Assembly (NCBI GenBank): GCA_965287045.1
Contig: OZ336881.1
Location: forward strand, 50,344,001-50,408,000
DNA: 64,000 bases
Direction of reading: 5' to 3'
Origin: Carcharhinus amblyrhynchos
Taxonomy: Eukaryota
Below the pieces are notes generated by a model. The model worked only from the letters and a program-made list of their open reading frames with translations, was not told the origin of the DNA and did not search any database. Positions 36,530 to 48,614 of the stretch are shown here, one piece after another (the first letter of the stretch is position 1; each line of letters starts with the position of its first letter). The position numbers and the translations under genes were made by a program.

Positions 36530-36852
36530 GCTGAACGCACTCTTTGTACCCCCGTGACTTACCTGGGCTTGCAACATCTCACTTTGTGTCCTGTCTGGAG
36601 GCAACTCACATCTCTTTAACCGATGCTTAATGCTATCTCCACTCACATTGTCTGCACCTTTAAGACTTGATTAGCTGAAAAGACTTGCATTCTAATCAGT
36701 ATTCTGTAATGTGAGTGTATGTCTTTATATGCCCTGTTTGTGATCAGAACTCCCCACTCACCTGATGAAGGGGCAGAACACCGAAAGCTAGTGGCGTTTG
36801 CTACCAAATAAACATGTTGGACTTTAACCTGGTGTTGTGAGACTTCTTACTG
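36530..36852 (+). mobile_element. Penelope-like element terminal segment
   Basis: Collinear with 43800-44095 and 1690-2012. Confidence 0.88.
36759..36793 (+). ncRNA. minimal type I hammerhead ribozyme motif (family 1, best-preserved core)
   Basis: CAC-CTGATGA-A-GGGGCAGAACACC-GAAA-GC-TA-GTG: stem I CAC/GTG, intact core, palindromic AGCT stem III; stem II is weakened. Confidence 0.75.
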
Positions 36853-37174
36853 AACACCCCACCCAGAGAAAGTGCTAGTGCTGAATGGAGCTCTGTGTGA
36901 AGGGAAGTGTGCTCCAGACAAAATCCCAGCCTTAGCTGGTACCAGGTTTTCATCAATATGTTTTGCTACAAAAATTAAGCAGTTTTCTTCACTTTCCACC
37001 TTCATGGCATGGACTGCAGTGGTTTAAGAAGAAGGCCACTGCAGCCTTCTCAGAACACCTTATGGTGGACAATACATGCTGTCCATGACAGCGAAGTCCA
37101 TGATTAGGGAGTGAATGAAATGAAAAGTGTCATTGAAGTTATCAGCTAAGGTAGAAAAAAATAGTTGGAATTAC

Positions 37175-37395
37175 CAGCACCGCCCAGCTAGTCATCTTCT
37201 GTGAGTCACACCAGAATGCCACAGGATCTGGGAGGTGTGGCCAATCACAGGAACACCAGCTTTAATTTGGAGAATTCTCAGGTTGGCATCAGGGATGTGG
37301 AATTGGACAGGGACCGCCCCAATGATTAACTTGTGTCCGCTGCTGCTGTTGCAGGCAGCACACAAACTCTGTACTTCCTTCCTGCTCATATAATT
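37175..37395. promoter_or_regulatory. candidate promoter/enhancer motif cluster
   Basis: CCGCCC twice, TGAGTCA (AP-1), GGCCAATCAC and CCCAATGA (CCAAT boxes) within about 150 bp of non-repeat DNA. Confidence 0.3.
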
Positions 37396-38020
37396 GATTG
37401 TAGCACGCAGTCAGATCTGGTCTTCCTGGTGAATAGCTAACCAACTGAGTAAGAGCACAAGCAAGAGAGGATGGTATCATTTTAATCAACCCTGCGTTAT
37501 TTAAAGCCAGCTTGCAATTGTTAAAGACTTGGTACATTTTCCTGGAGAAAGTGTTATAAGTCATTCTAGAAGCCAGTATGACCTGGGAAAGGACAGCCTC
37601 GGTGACTTTATGGATGTATCAGGGCACAAATGATCAATCGTTCTCTTGTCAGATCCCTCATGGCAACTTGGAAACAGCCAGAAGAGTAAAAAAATGTATC
37701 ACTTTGAGAGTCGCAGAGTTGTGCTCACTGAGGATTGCCAATGCTATCACATATTTAAAAGATGGCAGAACTCGGTAACTGTCTCTGCTCTCACTGCCTG
37801 GCTGTTGATCCAGGTAATTGGTCCTATGGCAGTAGTTGTGTTACCAAGGATGTCTACTGCCAGGGCTGTAAGGGTTCTGTGCATTGAACTTTGTGCTTCC
37901 TTTCAGTCTTTTGTGACTATGTGCTGTAGACAATCAAATAGCGGAGATGCAGGTCATGCTGAAAACTGCTGGGAATTTGCAACAGGCTGTTAGGGTTCTG
38001 GACCAGAACCCCATGTTACT

Positions 38021-38320
38021 TTGGCACAGTGGTTAGCACTGTTGCTTCACAGTGCCAGGGACCTAAATTCAATTCCCAGCTTGGGTCACTGTCTGTGTGG
38101 AGTTAGTATGTTCTCCCTGTGTCTGCATGGGTTTCCTCCAGGTGCCCCAGTTCCCTCCCACAGTCTGAAAGATGTGCTGGTTAGGTGGATTGGCCGTGCT
38201 AAATTCTCTCTCAGTGTACTCGAACAGGTGCTGGAGTGTGGCGACTAGGGGATTTTCACAGTAACTTCATTGCAGTGTTAATATAAGCCTTACTTATGAC
38301 ACTAATAAATAAACTTTAAA
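38021..38320 (+). mobile_element. HE1-headed SINE with Rex1-like tail
   Basis: Head, V-domain, then TTTTCACAGTAAC...TACTTATGACACTAATAAATAAAC. Confidence 0.9.
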
Positions 38321-38504
38321 CATTAGGGAGCCAGGCTAGACCCCTAACAAGTTTTCTATTTTGACATAAATGTGAGGATAGGATGATTCACTCCAGGAGT
38401 AATTCCACTGACAAATTAGGGGTATTTTATAGGAAAACAAACTTTATTTAATAACACTGTTTAAATATAACTAACAAGTGAAACTAATAACAGTTGAACA
38501 ATAT

Positions 38505-38725
38505 GTATGATGTGAAGGTGCCAGCATTGGACTAGGGTAAGCACAGTAAAAAGTCTCACAATACTGGGCTAAAGACTAACAGATTTATTTGGAATCATGA
38601 GCTTTTGGAATGCTGGTCCTTCATCAGATGGGTGAAGGATGATGAAGGAGCTGCCCTCTAAAAGTTTGTAATTCCAACTAAATCTGTTGGACTTTAATCT
38701 GATGTTGTGAGACTTCTTACTGTGA
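38505..38725. mobile_element. fold-back Penelope-derived element (family 1) with two head-to-head degenerate hammerheads
   Basis: CACAGTAAAAAGTCTCACAA...CCTTCATCA inverted against TGATGAAGG...TTGTGAGACTTCTTACTGTG. Confidence 0.85.
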
Positions 38726-39684
38726 ACAATATTTAAACATGAAAAGAGCAATTTCCAATTTATCACTGTTTTAGTTCTAAATAAGCAACTTTCTTCTTAC
38801 AAATGCATAAACCACTTTAAATACAGTTAGCAACCATACATATACTTGCTGTAAGTGGTGTAGTCAATCTTAAAGTGAGATTTTGTGAAGAAAGCAGCTT
38901 GCAGACCTCTGTCTTTAAACAAACCCTAGCCAGGACTCCAAAGCTGTTTTTCTCTGCTACGCACCTACCTCCTTCAAATAACAATCACATGACCGTGTCA
39001 ATCTAAACCCACCTTCCATTCATTTAATCAAAAAGTCCAGGGCACTATTCCTTTTTGTAAACAAAATTCCATTAGCTCTCTCCTAAGTAAACACCACATG
39101 GCTAAAATGAGTAATTATCCTGCTTTCCCAGCAACCAAGCCATTGCTTCCAGACTTTCCAACTGTCTGTAAAAGAAAACTGAGCTTTAGAACAGTTCCTT
39201 TAAACATAATATATATACATATATATATATAATGTAAGCAATAGCACACTATCATTACAACTTCTACAGTTTTAACTCCTGTTCAAAATGGGAGCAATGG
39301 GAGCATTGAGTGAGGTCTTTAATTAAAGCTACATAGTGGATAATGTTGGTAGAGGAAATAATACTGCTCACAGTCAGCAGCTGCCATCAACTATCTTACT
39401 AACACAGAAAAAAACTGTGACTTTCACTACTGAATATCTGTAATTACCTTCGTCATTTTTAAAATACTTTCTCTTTGGTCCTCTTGCTAGATTTAGTATC
39501 TCTAGCAGTGGGTGCTAAAATGTCTAGGGATACCTTAGCTCTGGAAGCATCAGAACACATTAAATAAATGGGCTAGGGAATAATCTGGATAAATAATCTG
39601 GTAAAAATTCACACTGATAAAGTTGATTATTTTTTCAGCAATGCATGTGTGTGCTCGCCACTTAACAGAACTCAAAAAGGTGCC

Positions 39685-40043
39685 ATGCGGCATGGGGGCA
39701 CAGTGGTTAGCGCTGCTCCAGGGGCCTGGGAGCCTCACGGCTCCAGGGACCAGGGTTTAATTCCTGGCTTGGGTCATTGTTTATGTAGAGTTTGCACATT
39801 CTCTCCCTATCTGTGTTGGTTTCCTCTGGGTGCTCCGGTTTCCTTCCACAAAGATATCCAAAGATGTGAGGGGTAGGTTGATTGGCCATGCTAAATTGCC
39901 CAATGATGTCTTGGGATGTGTAGGTTAGAGGGATTAGCAGGAAAAATATGTGGGGTTACGGGGATAAGGCCTGGGTGGGATTGTTGTCAGTGCAGACTCG
40001 ATGGGCAGAATGGCCTCCTTCTTCTCTGTAGGGGTTCTAAGAA
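39685..40043 (+). mobile_element. HE1-type V-SINE
   Basis: Head with small insertion, core and tail. Confidence 0.9.
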
Positions 40044-40700
40044 AGTCTTCTGTTAAGAGGCCGCTGTTAATTTATTGGCACGACATTACCTGTATCTCTG
40101 CAAGACTGAAAGCTTTGGACAATAACAGCAACATAGTAAGTCTAAATTTGACATTAATTTGATATCCAAATTCTTCTTTCTGTCCTTCAAAATTTGGTAA
40201 GTTAACTGTTCATAAGGACTTTGAATCATAAACTAGTGATTACACAAAGAGGTTGAAATTATTCTCCGTCTTTTGCCTGTGAAAGAAATAAGTCAGTTCA
40301 GTTTTACTCTTGGATTCCCACCAACCAAGGTGCAAAGTAGATTGTCATGGGAAGAAAAATGAACTGTGATGCGACTGATAAAAAAAATGACAACTTAAAA
40401 ATGAACAATGAGCATTGGAGAATGGCCTATCGAGAGGGAAATGCAGAGCAGTCAATTGAAGTTCAATGAGTTGGTCTGGTTCAATACTTTGATGAATGCT
40501 ATTCGAGTGTGGGTAAAACTGTATGAAATTTGACTGCTGGAGAGGAATGAAAGCTGTGACCAATCAGTGCAGATGGTTCACTGGAGCATCTTCTCTGGAG
40601 CAATGATATAACTTACTACTTTGGGGAACATGTTTAAACAGGGTATCTGCCATCCTGAAAACTTGAATTCCTGCAGGTTCAGCAGTGCTGAAGATAGGAG

Positions 40701-41009
40701 TGGGGCAGCACAGTGGCACAATGGTTAGCAGTGCTTTCTCACAATGCTTGGGAGCTGGGTTCGATTCCTGGCTTGGGTCACTGTCTGTGCGGAGCCTGCA
40801 TGCTCTCCCTGTGTCTGGGTGGGTTCCCTTCGGGTCCTCCGGTTTCCTCCTGCAGTCCGAAAGACGTGCTGGTGGATTGCCCAAGCTAAATTCTTCCTCA
40901 GTGTACCCAAACAGGCACCGGAGTATGGGGACTAGGGGATTTTCACAGTAACTTCATTGCAGTGTTAATGTAAGCCCACTTGTGACACTAATAACTAAAC
41001 TAAACTTTA
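40701..41009 (+). mobile_element. HE1-headed SINE with Rex1-like tail
   Basis: Full copy ending CACTTGTGACACTAATAACTAAAC. Confidence 0.9.
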
Positions 41010-42189
41010 CTCTGGAGTTGCACAAAGTATGGAATCACGTTGTACCTCAAGTTCTTTGAACCACTACACAATGTGACAATGGGCACTGTCAGAACAACCT
41101 GATCTGCAATACTCCACTCAGACTTTAGGCTGGAAAACACATTTTCTCTTTCTACATAATGGTGGGCTATTCAATTCCTCGAGCCTGCTCTATCATTCAA
41201 TTAGATTACCACTGATCTGTACCTCAAATCCATTAACCCATTTAATTCCATATCATTTGAAACCACTCCCATCAAAAGCCGATTGATTTCAGTCAAGAAA
41301 GCTGCGTTGTTCTAGAATTTGCAGAATCTGGGGGCAAGAGTTCCAGATTCCTGCTATCTTTCTTCCCTATTCTCCTCCTAAATGCTTAGCCCTTATCACG
41401 CCGCCTCATTTCTGATTTCTCCATCAGAGGAAATCATTTCTCTTTAACTCTCTATCAAAACCGTTTAACAATTGATTGTCTACATTCCTTATTAAAAATC
41501 TGAAGCCGTGTGTTACAATATTGCAGCATAATATAGTTTTCCAACATGCTTTTTTTGATATTTTTGAGCCTGGTTTACAGGCAAGCAAGCTGTTTAATTT
41601 GAGTTCCTATTTTAAGAGTAAATTACAAGGAAGCGTAAGAGTGAATGTAAGAGTGTTTAATAAGACATGTGTACAAAAGGAGTGGCATTACTACATAATT
41701 AAGCAAATCTTGTATAAAGATGTGGCATAATTATATATTTGAAATAGTTAATTAGTAAGCTACTTTGCAATTTCAATGAATATGAAAGTAATTATACATA
41801 AATACTGTAACCACTAGAAAAGTGACTATTATAAATCCAATAACTAATTACAAAACACCACACACATATTTTGCAGGACAAATGCCACAAACTCATTTTT
41901 CTTTTATTGTAATTCAAACAACATACTGTCTGGCAATTTTAATTCAATTATTATTGTAAAAAATTGGTTAAAATTTCCTTGCCTTATTTTTACGATGAAT
42001 ACTGTTTGAAATTCAAAATCGTTCATCTTTGCATTATGATCCTACCAGCAATGTTTGTGTTTAAATTGATAAACCCCACGTGAATGGATAAGGTCCATAT
42101 TTTACTCCATAAGGCCTTTCACCTCCCCATGACCAGGTTTCTGGTTAAAATAGTCTAAGCCTCAGACTTCTCCCAGATGAGGAAATAAG

Positions 42190-42315
42190 GCCATAAGACC
42201 ATAAGACATAGGAGCAGAATTAGGCCACTCAGCCCATCGAGTCTGCTCTGCCATTCAATCATGGCTGACATTTTTCTCATCCCCATTCTCCTGCCTTTTC
42301 CCCATAACCCCTGAT
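42190..42315 (-). mobile_element. CR1 3' UTR fragment
   Basis: (CCATAAGA)n tail, then ATAGGAGCAGAATTAGGCCA...CATTCAATCATGGCTGA. Confidence 0.8.
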
Positions 42316-42454
42316 GCACTTATACACTTATGATCAGGATCACAAATTTGGTTCCTCTATACTCCAGTTAGTTTGGAATTAAAAACATATTTTGAAACTT
42401 GAATTAGCAATTTTGTTCCATACGTGCAAATTATACAACATTTCAATTTGAGCC

Positions 42455-42785
42455 AAGTGGTGCCTCAATGGTTAGCACTGCTGCCTCAAAACGCCAGGGA
42501 CCAGGCTTCAATTCCTGCCTTCGGTGACTGCGGAGTTTGCACATTTTCCCTCGTCTGTGTAGGTTTCCCCCGGGTGCTTCAATTTCGTCCCACAGTCCAA
42601 AGATGTGCTGGTGAGGTGCATTGGCCATGCTAAATTGCCCCTTAGTGTCCCAGGGTGTTTAAGGTTAGGGGGATTAGCAGGATAAATACATGCGGTTACA
42701 GGGATAGGCTCTGGGTAAAATGAGTCAGTGCAGACTTAATGGGCTGAATGGCCTGCTTCTGGACTGTAGGGATTCTATGTTCTAA
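42455..42785 (+). mobile_element. HE1-type V-SINE
   Basis: Head, core and tail. Confidence 0.9.
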
Positions 42786-43374
42786 AGACGTTTCACAACT
42801 CATAGGCCATAATTTGACATTGCTGGGTGGGCGCTGACCCAGAACTACATAAATCATGTAAGAGGACATTGGGTGTGCATCCCGATGTCATCGCGCAATT
42901 GTGCAATATCTCAGCCAGCGCATGCACACTAGTGTCAGAAGCACCTTCTCCAACAATTCAGCAAGCAATTAAATCCATTAAGGGACCAATTGAAAGCTAT
43001 TTTACATGACCTGTCTACTTTTATGTTTGGCAGATGGACCAATTGACCATGTGACCTTTCTGTTTTAGCTACAATATCGATCCAGGGTGGGATGAAATGT
43101 CAGAGCTTAAATAAAATTTTGAAAAGTTCCCTGGAGACTGAGGCTTGTGTTTGAATGTGCTGCCAGGACACAGTTTGCTGTGTTTTCTAATCAGGATTTT
43201 ATTTGTACAGATCTGCAGCTCCCTGAGGCAGCTCCACAGTGGCTGTCCGCCTTGAGGGAGCTCAATAGAAGTACCAACCCCCACCCTCTCTTTTGCCAGT
43301 TCCGACCCTGTTCAATGTCTCCCTGGCAATGCTGAGCCTTTTGCAGCTTGCATTTAACACTGGCCGTCTGTTAA

Positions 43375-44133
43375 TTGACCACAACACCACACAACCTTGT
43401 CACAGCAACTTCTGCAAGACATGCCGGATCATCGACATAGATGCCATCATCTCACGTGACAATACCATCCACCAGGTACATGGTACATATCTTGCAACTC
43501 GACCAATGTTGTCTACCTGATACGCTGCAGGAAAGGATGCCCCGAGGCATGGTACATTGGGGCAACCATGCAGACACTACAACAATGGATGAATGAACAC
43601 CGATCGGACAATCACCAGGCAAGACTGTTCTCTTCCTGTTGGCGGACACTTCAGCGGTCACGGCCATTCAGCCTCTGATATTCAAGTTCTCCAAGGCGGC
43701 CTTTACAACATATAACAGCACAGAGTCGCTGAGCAGAAACTGATATCCAAGTTCTGCACACATGAGGATGGCCTCAACTTGGATCTTGGGTTCATGTCAC
43801 ACTATCTGTAACCCCCATGACTTGCCCAGACTTGCAACATCTCACTTACCGTCCTGTCTGGGGACAATACACATCTCTTTGACCTATGCTTAATGCTATC
43901 TCCACTCACATTGTCTGCACCTTTAAGGCTTGATTAGCTGTAAAGACTGGCATTCTAATCAGTGTTCTGTAAACTGAGTTTGTGATTAGAACTGCCCACT
44001 TACTTGAGGGAGGGGCAAGGCCCCTAAAGCTAGTGCGTTTGCTACCAAATAAACCTGTTGGACTTTAACCTGGTGTTGTGAGACTTTTTACTGTGTTTAC
44101 CCCACAGTCCAATGCCGGCATCTCCAAATCATG
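43375..44133 (+). mobile_element. Penelope-like retroelement 3' part with GIY-YIG endonuclease remnant
   Basis: PCHSNFCKTC (Cys linker), then after a frameshift CNSTNVVYLIRCRKGCPEAWYIGATMQTLQQWMNEHR; followed by the terminal segment with a decayed hammerhead at about 43998-44035. Confidence 0.93.
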
Positions 44134-44199
44134 TCCGTTAATTGGCCAGCAAATGTGAAACTGTATTCCATAGCCAGAGGTGCATTTCATAATAGATTC

Positions 44200-44403
44200 C
44201 GGGGTGGTACAATGGTTAGCACTGCATCTTCATAGCACTAGGGACATGAGTTCCATTCCTCGCTTGGGTGACTGTCTGTGCGGCATCTGCACATTCTCCC
44301 CATGTCTGTGTGGGTTTCCTCCGGGTGCTCTGGTTTCCTCCCACAGCTGGTTAGATGCATCGGCCATGCTAAATTCTCCCTCAGCATACCAGAACAGGCA
44401 CTG
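44200..44403 (+). mobile_element. HE1-headed SINE (alternative-tail family), 3'-truncated
   Basis: Head, core, AAATTCTCCCTCAG..ACC.GAACAGGC. Confidence 0.82.
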
Positions 44404-44880
44404 GGAAACTCATCTCGGGAAACAAGTCTTTCCTGTCTACCCTATCTAGGCCTCCTGTCATTTTGGACATGTCAATTAGGTGACTGAGCCTCCTCTGTTC
44501 TAAGGGAAACTACCCTCTCATTTACTGTGTATTCCCTGGCTTTATTTGCCCACCACAAATGCATCATCTTACACTTTTCTGGATATAATTATCTTTGCAG
44601 CTTTCCCATCCCTTCAACTAAGGCATTGGTACAATTCTGGAGACAGCAGCGATCCGCTTCACTATCAAATATAGGGTCAATTTTTGTTTTGAGTGCAATT
44701 TTCCTGATCATGTCAGCCACACATATACAACAAACAGCAAGGGATCCAACATTGAGCCCAGTGGAACACCACTGGAAACCGCTTTCCATTCACAAGAACA
44801 TCCATTGACCATTGTTCCTGTCACTGAGCCGTATAAAAATAATTTTGTAATAATTCAAAAAATAAGATAAATCCTACTCA

Positions 44881-45530
44881 TTGATTTGATTTATTATTGT
44901 CACATGTATTATCATACAGTGAAAAGTGTTGTTTCTTGTGCGCGATACAAAACATACCATTCATAGAGAAGGAAAGGAGAGTGCAGAATGTAGTGTTATT
45001 GTCATAACTAGGGTGTAGAGAAAGATCAACTTAGTGCATGGTAGATACATTCAAAAGTCTGATGGCAGCAGGGAAGGAGCTGTCATTGAGTCAGTTGATA
45101 CATGACCGTTTGTATCTTTTTCTGGACAGAAGAAGGTGGAAGAGAGAATGTCCGGGATACATGGGGTCCTTAATTATGCTGGCTGCTGTTGAGAGGCAGC
45201 AGGAAGTGTAGACAGAGTCAATGGATAGGAGGCTGGTTTAAGTGATGGATTTGGTTACATTCAAGACCTTTTGTAGTTTCTTGTGGTCTTGGACAGAGCA
45301 GGAGCCATACTAAGCAGTGATACAATCAGAAAGAATGCTTTCTATGGTGTATCTGTAAAAATTGGTGAGAATCGTGGCTGAGATAAGAACATAAGAAATA
45401 GGAGCAGGAGTAGGCCATCACCCAATTTTCTTAGTCTTCTGAGAAAGTAGAGGCGTTGGTGGGTTTTCTTAATTAGTGTCAGCATGGAGGGACAAGGACG
45501 GGTTGTTGGTGATCTGGTCACCTAAAAAGT
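44881..45530 (-). mobile_element. Rex1-type LINE 3' fragment (with small CR1-tail insert at about 45383-45420)
   Basis: (AAATC)n tail; 3' UTR matches 36278-36465; decayed ORF. Confidence 0.85.
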
Positions 45531-45957
45531 TGAGGTTAAAAATTGAGCTGATGAAATGCGTACTGAATAACATAGCTTTTCATAGTTGCACAGACTGTAA
45601 ACTTAGTATCATCGCTTAGGAATCCACTTCAAACTTGCTTCTCTTGTTCTTGATTACACTTTCTATTGCAGGGAAGGACTTTAATTTATCCTGATCATTT
45701 TTGTCCTGAATTAAACCTGAGTCGCAAAAGAAGCAGAAGGAATGGAGAGATAGATGTCTATATTCCAGTGTCAGTGGATGTTAACATCTTCTGACCTTGT
45801 ATCCTTTCTTCCTCCAGTACCTGAAAGTGAGGATCTGCCCATGAGATGTCGCAATGCAAATTGGCAGAGAAACGAGGACAGAAATTGTCTTTATTTGGTA
45901 ATGTAACACACCAGGAACGCAAGGGATACAGTACCATTCCAGAGATGGTTCACAACA

Positions 45958-46365
45958 CCAGAACATAAGAAACAGCAACAGGAGTAGGTCACTGGACCCT
46001 TCAAGCCTGTCCCACTATTCAATATGATCATGGCTGATCTATGCTGACCTCTACTCCTTTTCTGTGTCAATTCTCCATAGCCTCTATTCCTTGACCTTTC
46101 AAGTATTTATCCACCTCTACTTTAAATATTTATAATGATCCAGCCATCACTACCCTTTGGGGCAGAGAGTTCCAGAGTTTCACCACCTTCTGAGAGAAGA
46201 AATTTCTACGCGCCTCAGTTTTAAACGACTGGCCTTTTATCTTGTAGCTAGGTCCCCTTGTTCGAGATTCTACCACTTGTGAAAACATCCACCCTGCCAA
46301 GTCCCCTCAGGATCTTATATGTTGGAATAAGGTCACCCCTCACTCTTCTAAACTCCAAGGAATAC
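45958..46365 (-). mobile_element. CR1 3' fragment
   Basis: GAACATAAGAAA tail, 3' UTR and ORF2 end. Confidence 0.85.
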
Positions 46366-46479
46366 AGGAGCTGAACCAAGGCATCTATTGCACTGAAAGA
46401 AGTTTAGGCCAATTCTGATCATTAGCTTTATGAAAGTGCTTGAGGGGAATCATCGCCATCTTAAACACTTTACTGCCAG

Positions 46480-47558
46480 AAGCATTGGGACCAATGCTCC
46501 CATCACGAGCTGCAACTTTTCTGACGGGTCAGGCTGGGAAATGCGTGTCGTCGGCCTTTTTCCAGGATTTGCTCATGTGCCGGGAATGCATGCGCATCTC
46601 CCAGAGCTGGAAAATAGTCGGACTTCCGACCACACTAGAAGCCGATGGGAAAACAGAAAAGTGATTTGCAGCTTTTTAAAATATAATTTGCACGTGATTA
46701 TCGGGAACTTGCTAGGCCCAATTGAATCTCCCACCCTGTCAGGAGTACTTCGTTCCAGCAGGGGTTATAGCAGCTCCCCACGTTCAGTCTTCCTAGTGGG
46801 AGACTCCGTCGGAACGAAGAAGGAGGCAATTATAGCCCCCCAGGGGGTTGGGCGGTGGGGGGTGCTGCCCCCTGGGCGTAGGCACCCTGGCACTGCCCAA
46901 GGGGCAATGGGCCCTTTCAAGAGGTGGGTTCTATTGTGGGCAGGAACTAGGGGCAATTGTTGGAGTGGGGGAGGGTCCCGCTGCAAATCTGCAGACAGCA
47001 TTGATCTGGGCTGGAGGGAGGGCAGTAGTTGGGCTGGGCTATGGGTGGGGAGGATGGTTGGCTGCCAGAGTGGCCTGCCTCCCAGGGGGAGTCTGAACTC
47101 GATGGGGGTGTCAGCAGGGAGGGGGGGTGCCTGCTGGGATGAAGAGAATGGGGGGGGGGGGGTCGCCATTGCTGAGGGGGGGGTTTGGATTGGACATCAG
47201 GGCACTCTGAGGTGGGGGGTAGGGGTCAGAGCTGGTCTGGGAATTATTGTGGGGGCCACGATTAGGCTGTGGAGGAGGCTGGAGGGGCAGCATTGTGGTG
47301 GTCCTGGGCTGGCCAGCAATTGAGTTGGCCAGTAAATGGGGAGATTGCCAGATCAGGAGCACTGTGCATGTGCAGAGTTCCAGAACTGTCAGACACCGGC
47401 ACAAATACCTGCTCCCCCTGGATTTTTAATGAGATTCCCGATTATGACCTCTGCTGTGCACAGGGTGCGGAGATTCCGGTCTGAAGCTGCACTAAAAAAG
47501 CATTTGTGATCTAGAACAGTTTTCCCACCAGTTCAGCACTTTTGGGAGAATCGCCCCC
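46480..47558. mobile_element. GC/G-rich non-autonomous DNA transposon (Harbinger-like)
   Basis: CpG-rich subterminal blocks, G-run interior resembling 1-420, GGGAGAATCGCCCC end similar to MITE termini. Confidence 0.5.
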
Positions 47559-47746
47559 GTTGTCATTATTTTACCATCATTTTAATGTTTTTATTGTTAA
47601 GTTTTCTGATTTTTGCTTTTTGACTGGTCAAGATATTAAGAATCCAGAACTTTGAAACATTATAAGAAGGCAGATTTTTATTCTTGAGTTACTTTGTAAG
47701 ACAAATGTATTAAATTCTTATAACAAAGCCATCCAATTCCAGATAT

Positions 47747-47872
47747 TGGGTGGCATTTTCCAGTTTCACTCGGGCGAGACCGGAAATCCCTGCCCGAGGT
47801 CAATGGAGGTTTCCGTTGTCGGACACTCGCCCGCTCCGATTCCATGGTGGGGGGGTAGTAGAGTTCTGGCCA
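47747..47872. mobile_element. MITE-like element
   Basis: GGGTGGCATTTTCC...GAGTTCTGGCC; GAGGTCAATGGA core shared with other copies. Confidence 0.6.
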
Positions 47873-48614
47873 TTACCTCATTGAGCAGTGAATGAAGCAT
47901 TTGTTCTGGTAATCACTGCATGATACATTGAATCTAAATTATGGCTGATAAACTTTTGATTTCGTGGACGGATCTGCACAAAGGACAAAGATTTCTGTTG
48001 GCTAACGCTCCTTCTCTCCTTCCCTAATGATCACCAGTATTCTGCTTGCCACCATTTTCCTCTACTCAACTCTGATTGCCACCAATTTTCCCCCTAGTCA
48101 TTGCTCTACCATCCTCCCTGATCACCAGTGCACTTCCCCTGGTTCCAGGTCCTCCACCATGGCCACAGGTATCTCTCTGGCCACCACTCTCCCCTTTGGC
48201 ACTGATCATCACCATTATACCGCCATCACTCAAGCCCTGCAGCCTAGGTAAACACCCTTGATCATCCCCAACATATGTCTGAGGACTTCAGCATAAAATA
48301 AGGCCAGACAGAAAATGAAAAGCAATTAAAGGCGAAAAGCATGTCCCAGGTCTGTAACCCCAAATCCCTGAGCTGCACTGACACAGTGCGGATGACATGA
48401 AAGAAACATTCAAATTTCTGAGTAGGATGAAAACACCTGAAACGATCTCTTTCTCTTTCCACAGATGCTGCCAAAGCAGCTGAGTGTTTCCAGCATTTTC
48501 TGTTTCTTCTTTCTGAATTGTAGCAACCGTTTTTTTACTCTTGCTTCTTAATTTCTTGCCATGTGAACCGTATTCGATGGGACTTTTAAAAAATATATTC
48601 ATTTGTACTAGGAA

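Noticed and set aside
37988-39259. Possible solo LTR (TGTTAG...TTACA) hosting the SINE and Penelope inserts
   Set aside because: TG...CA ends are plausible, but I found no target-site duplication or second copy.
46430-47323. 297-aa ORF
   Set aside because: Gly-rich translation of a G-rich repeat interior with no domain motif; length is explained by low stop-codon frequency.
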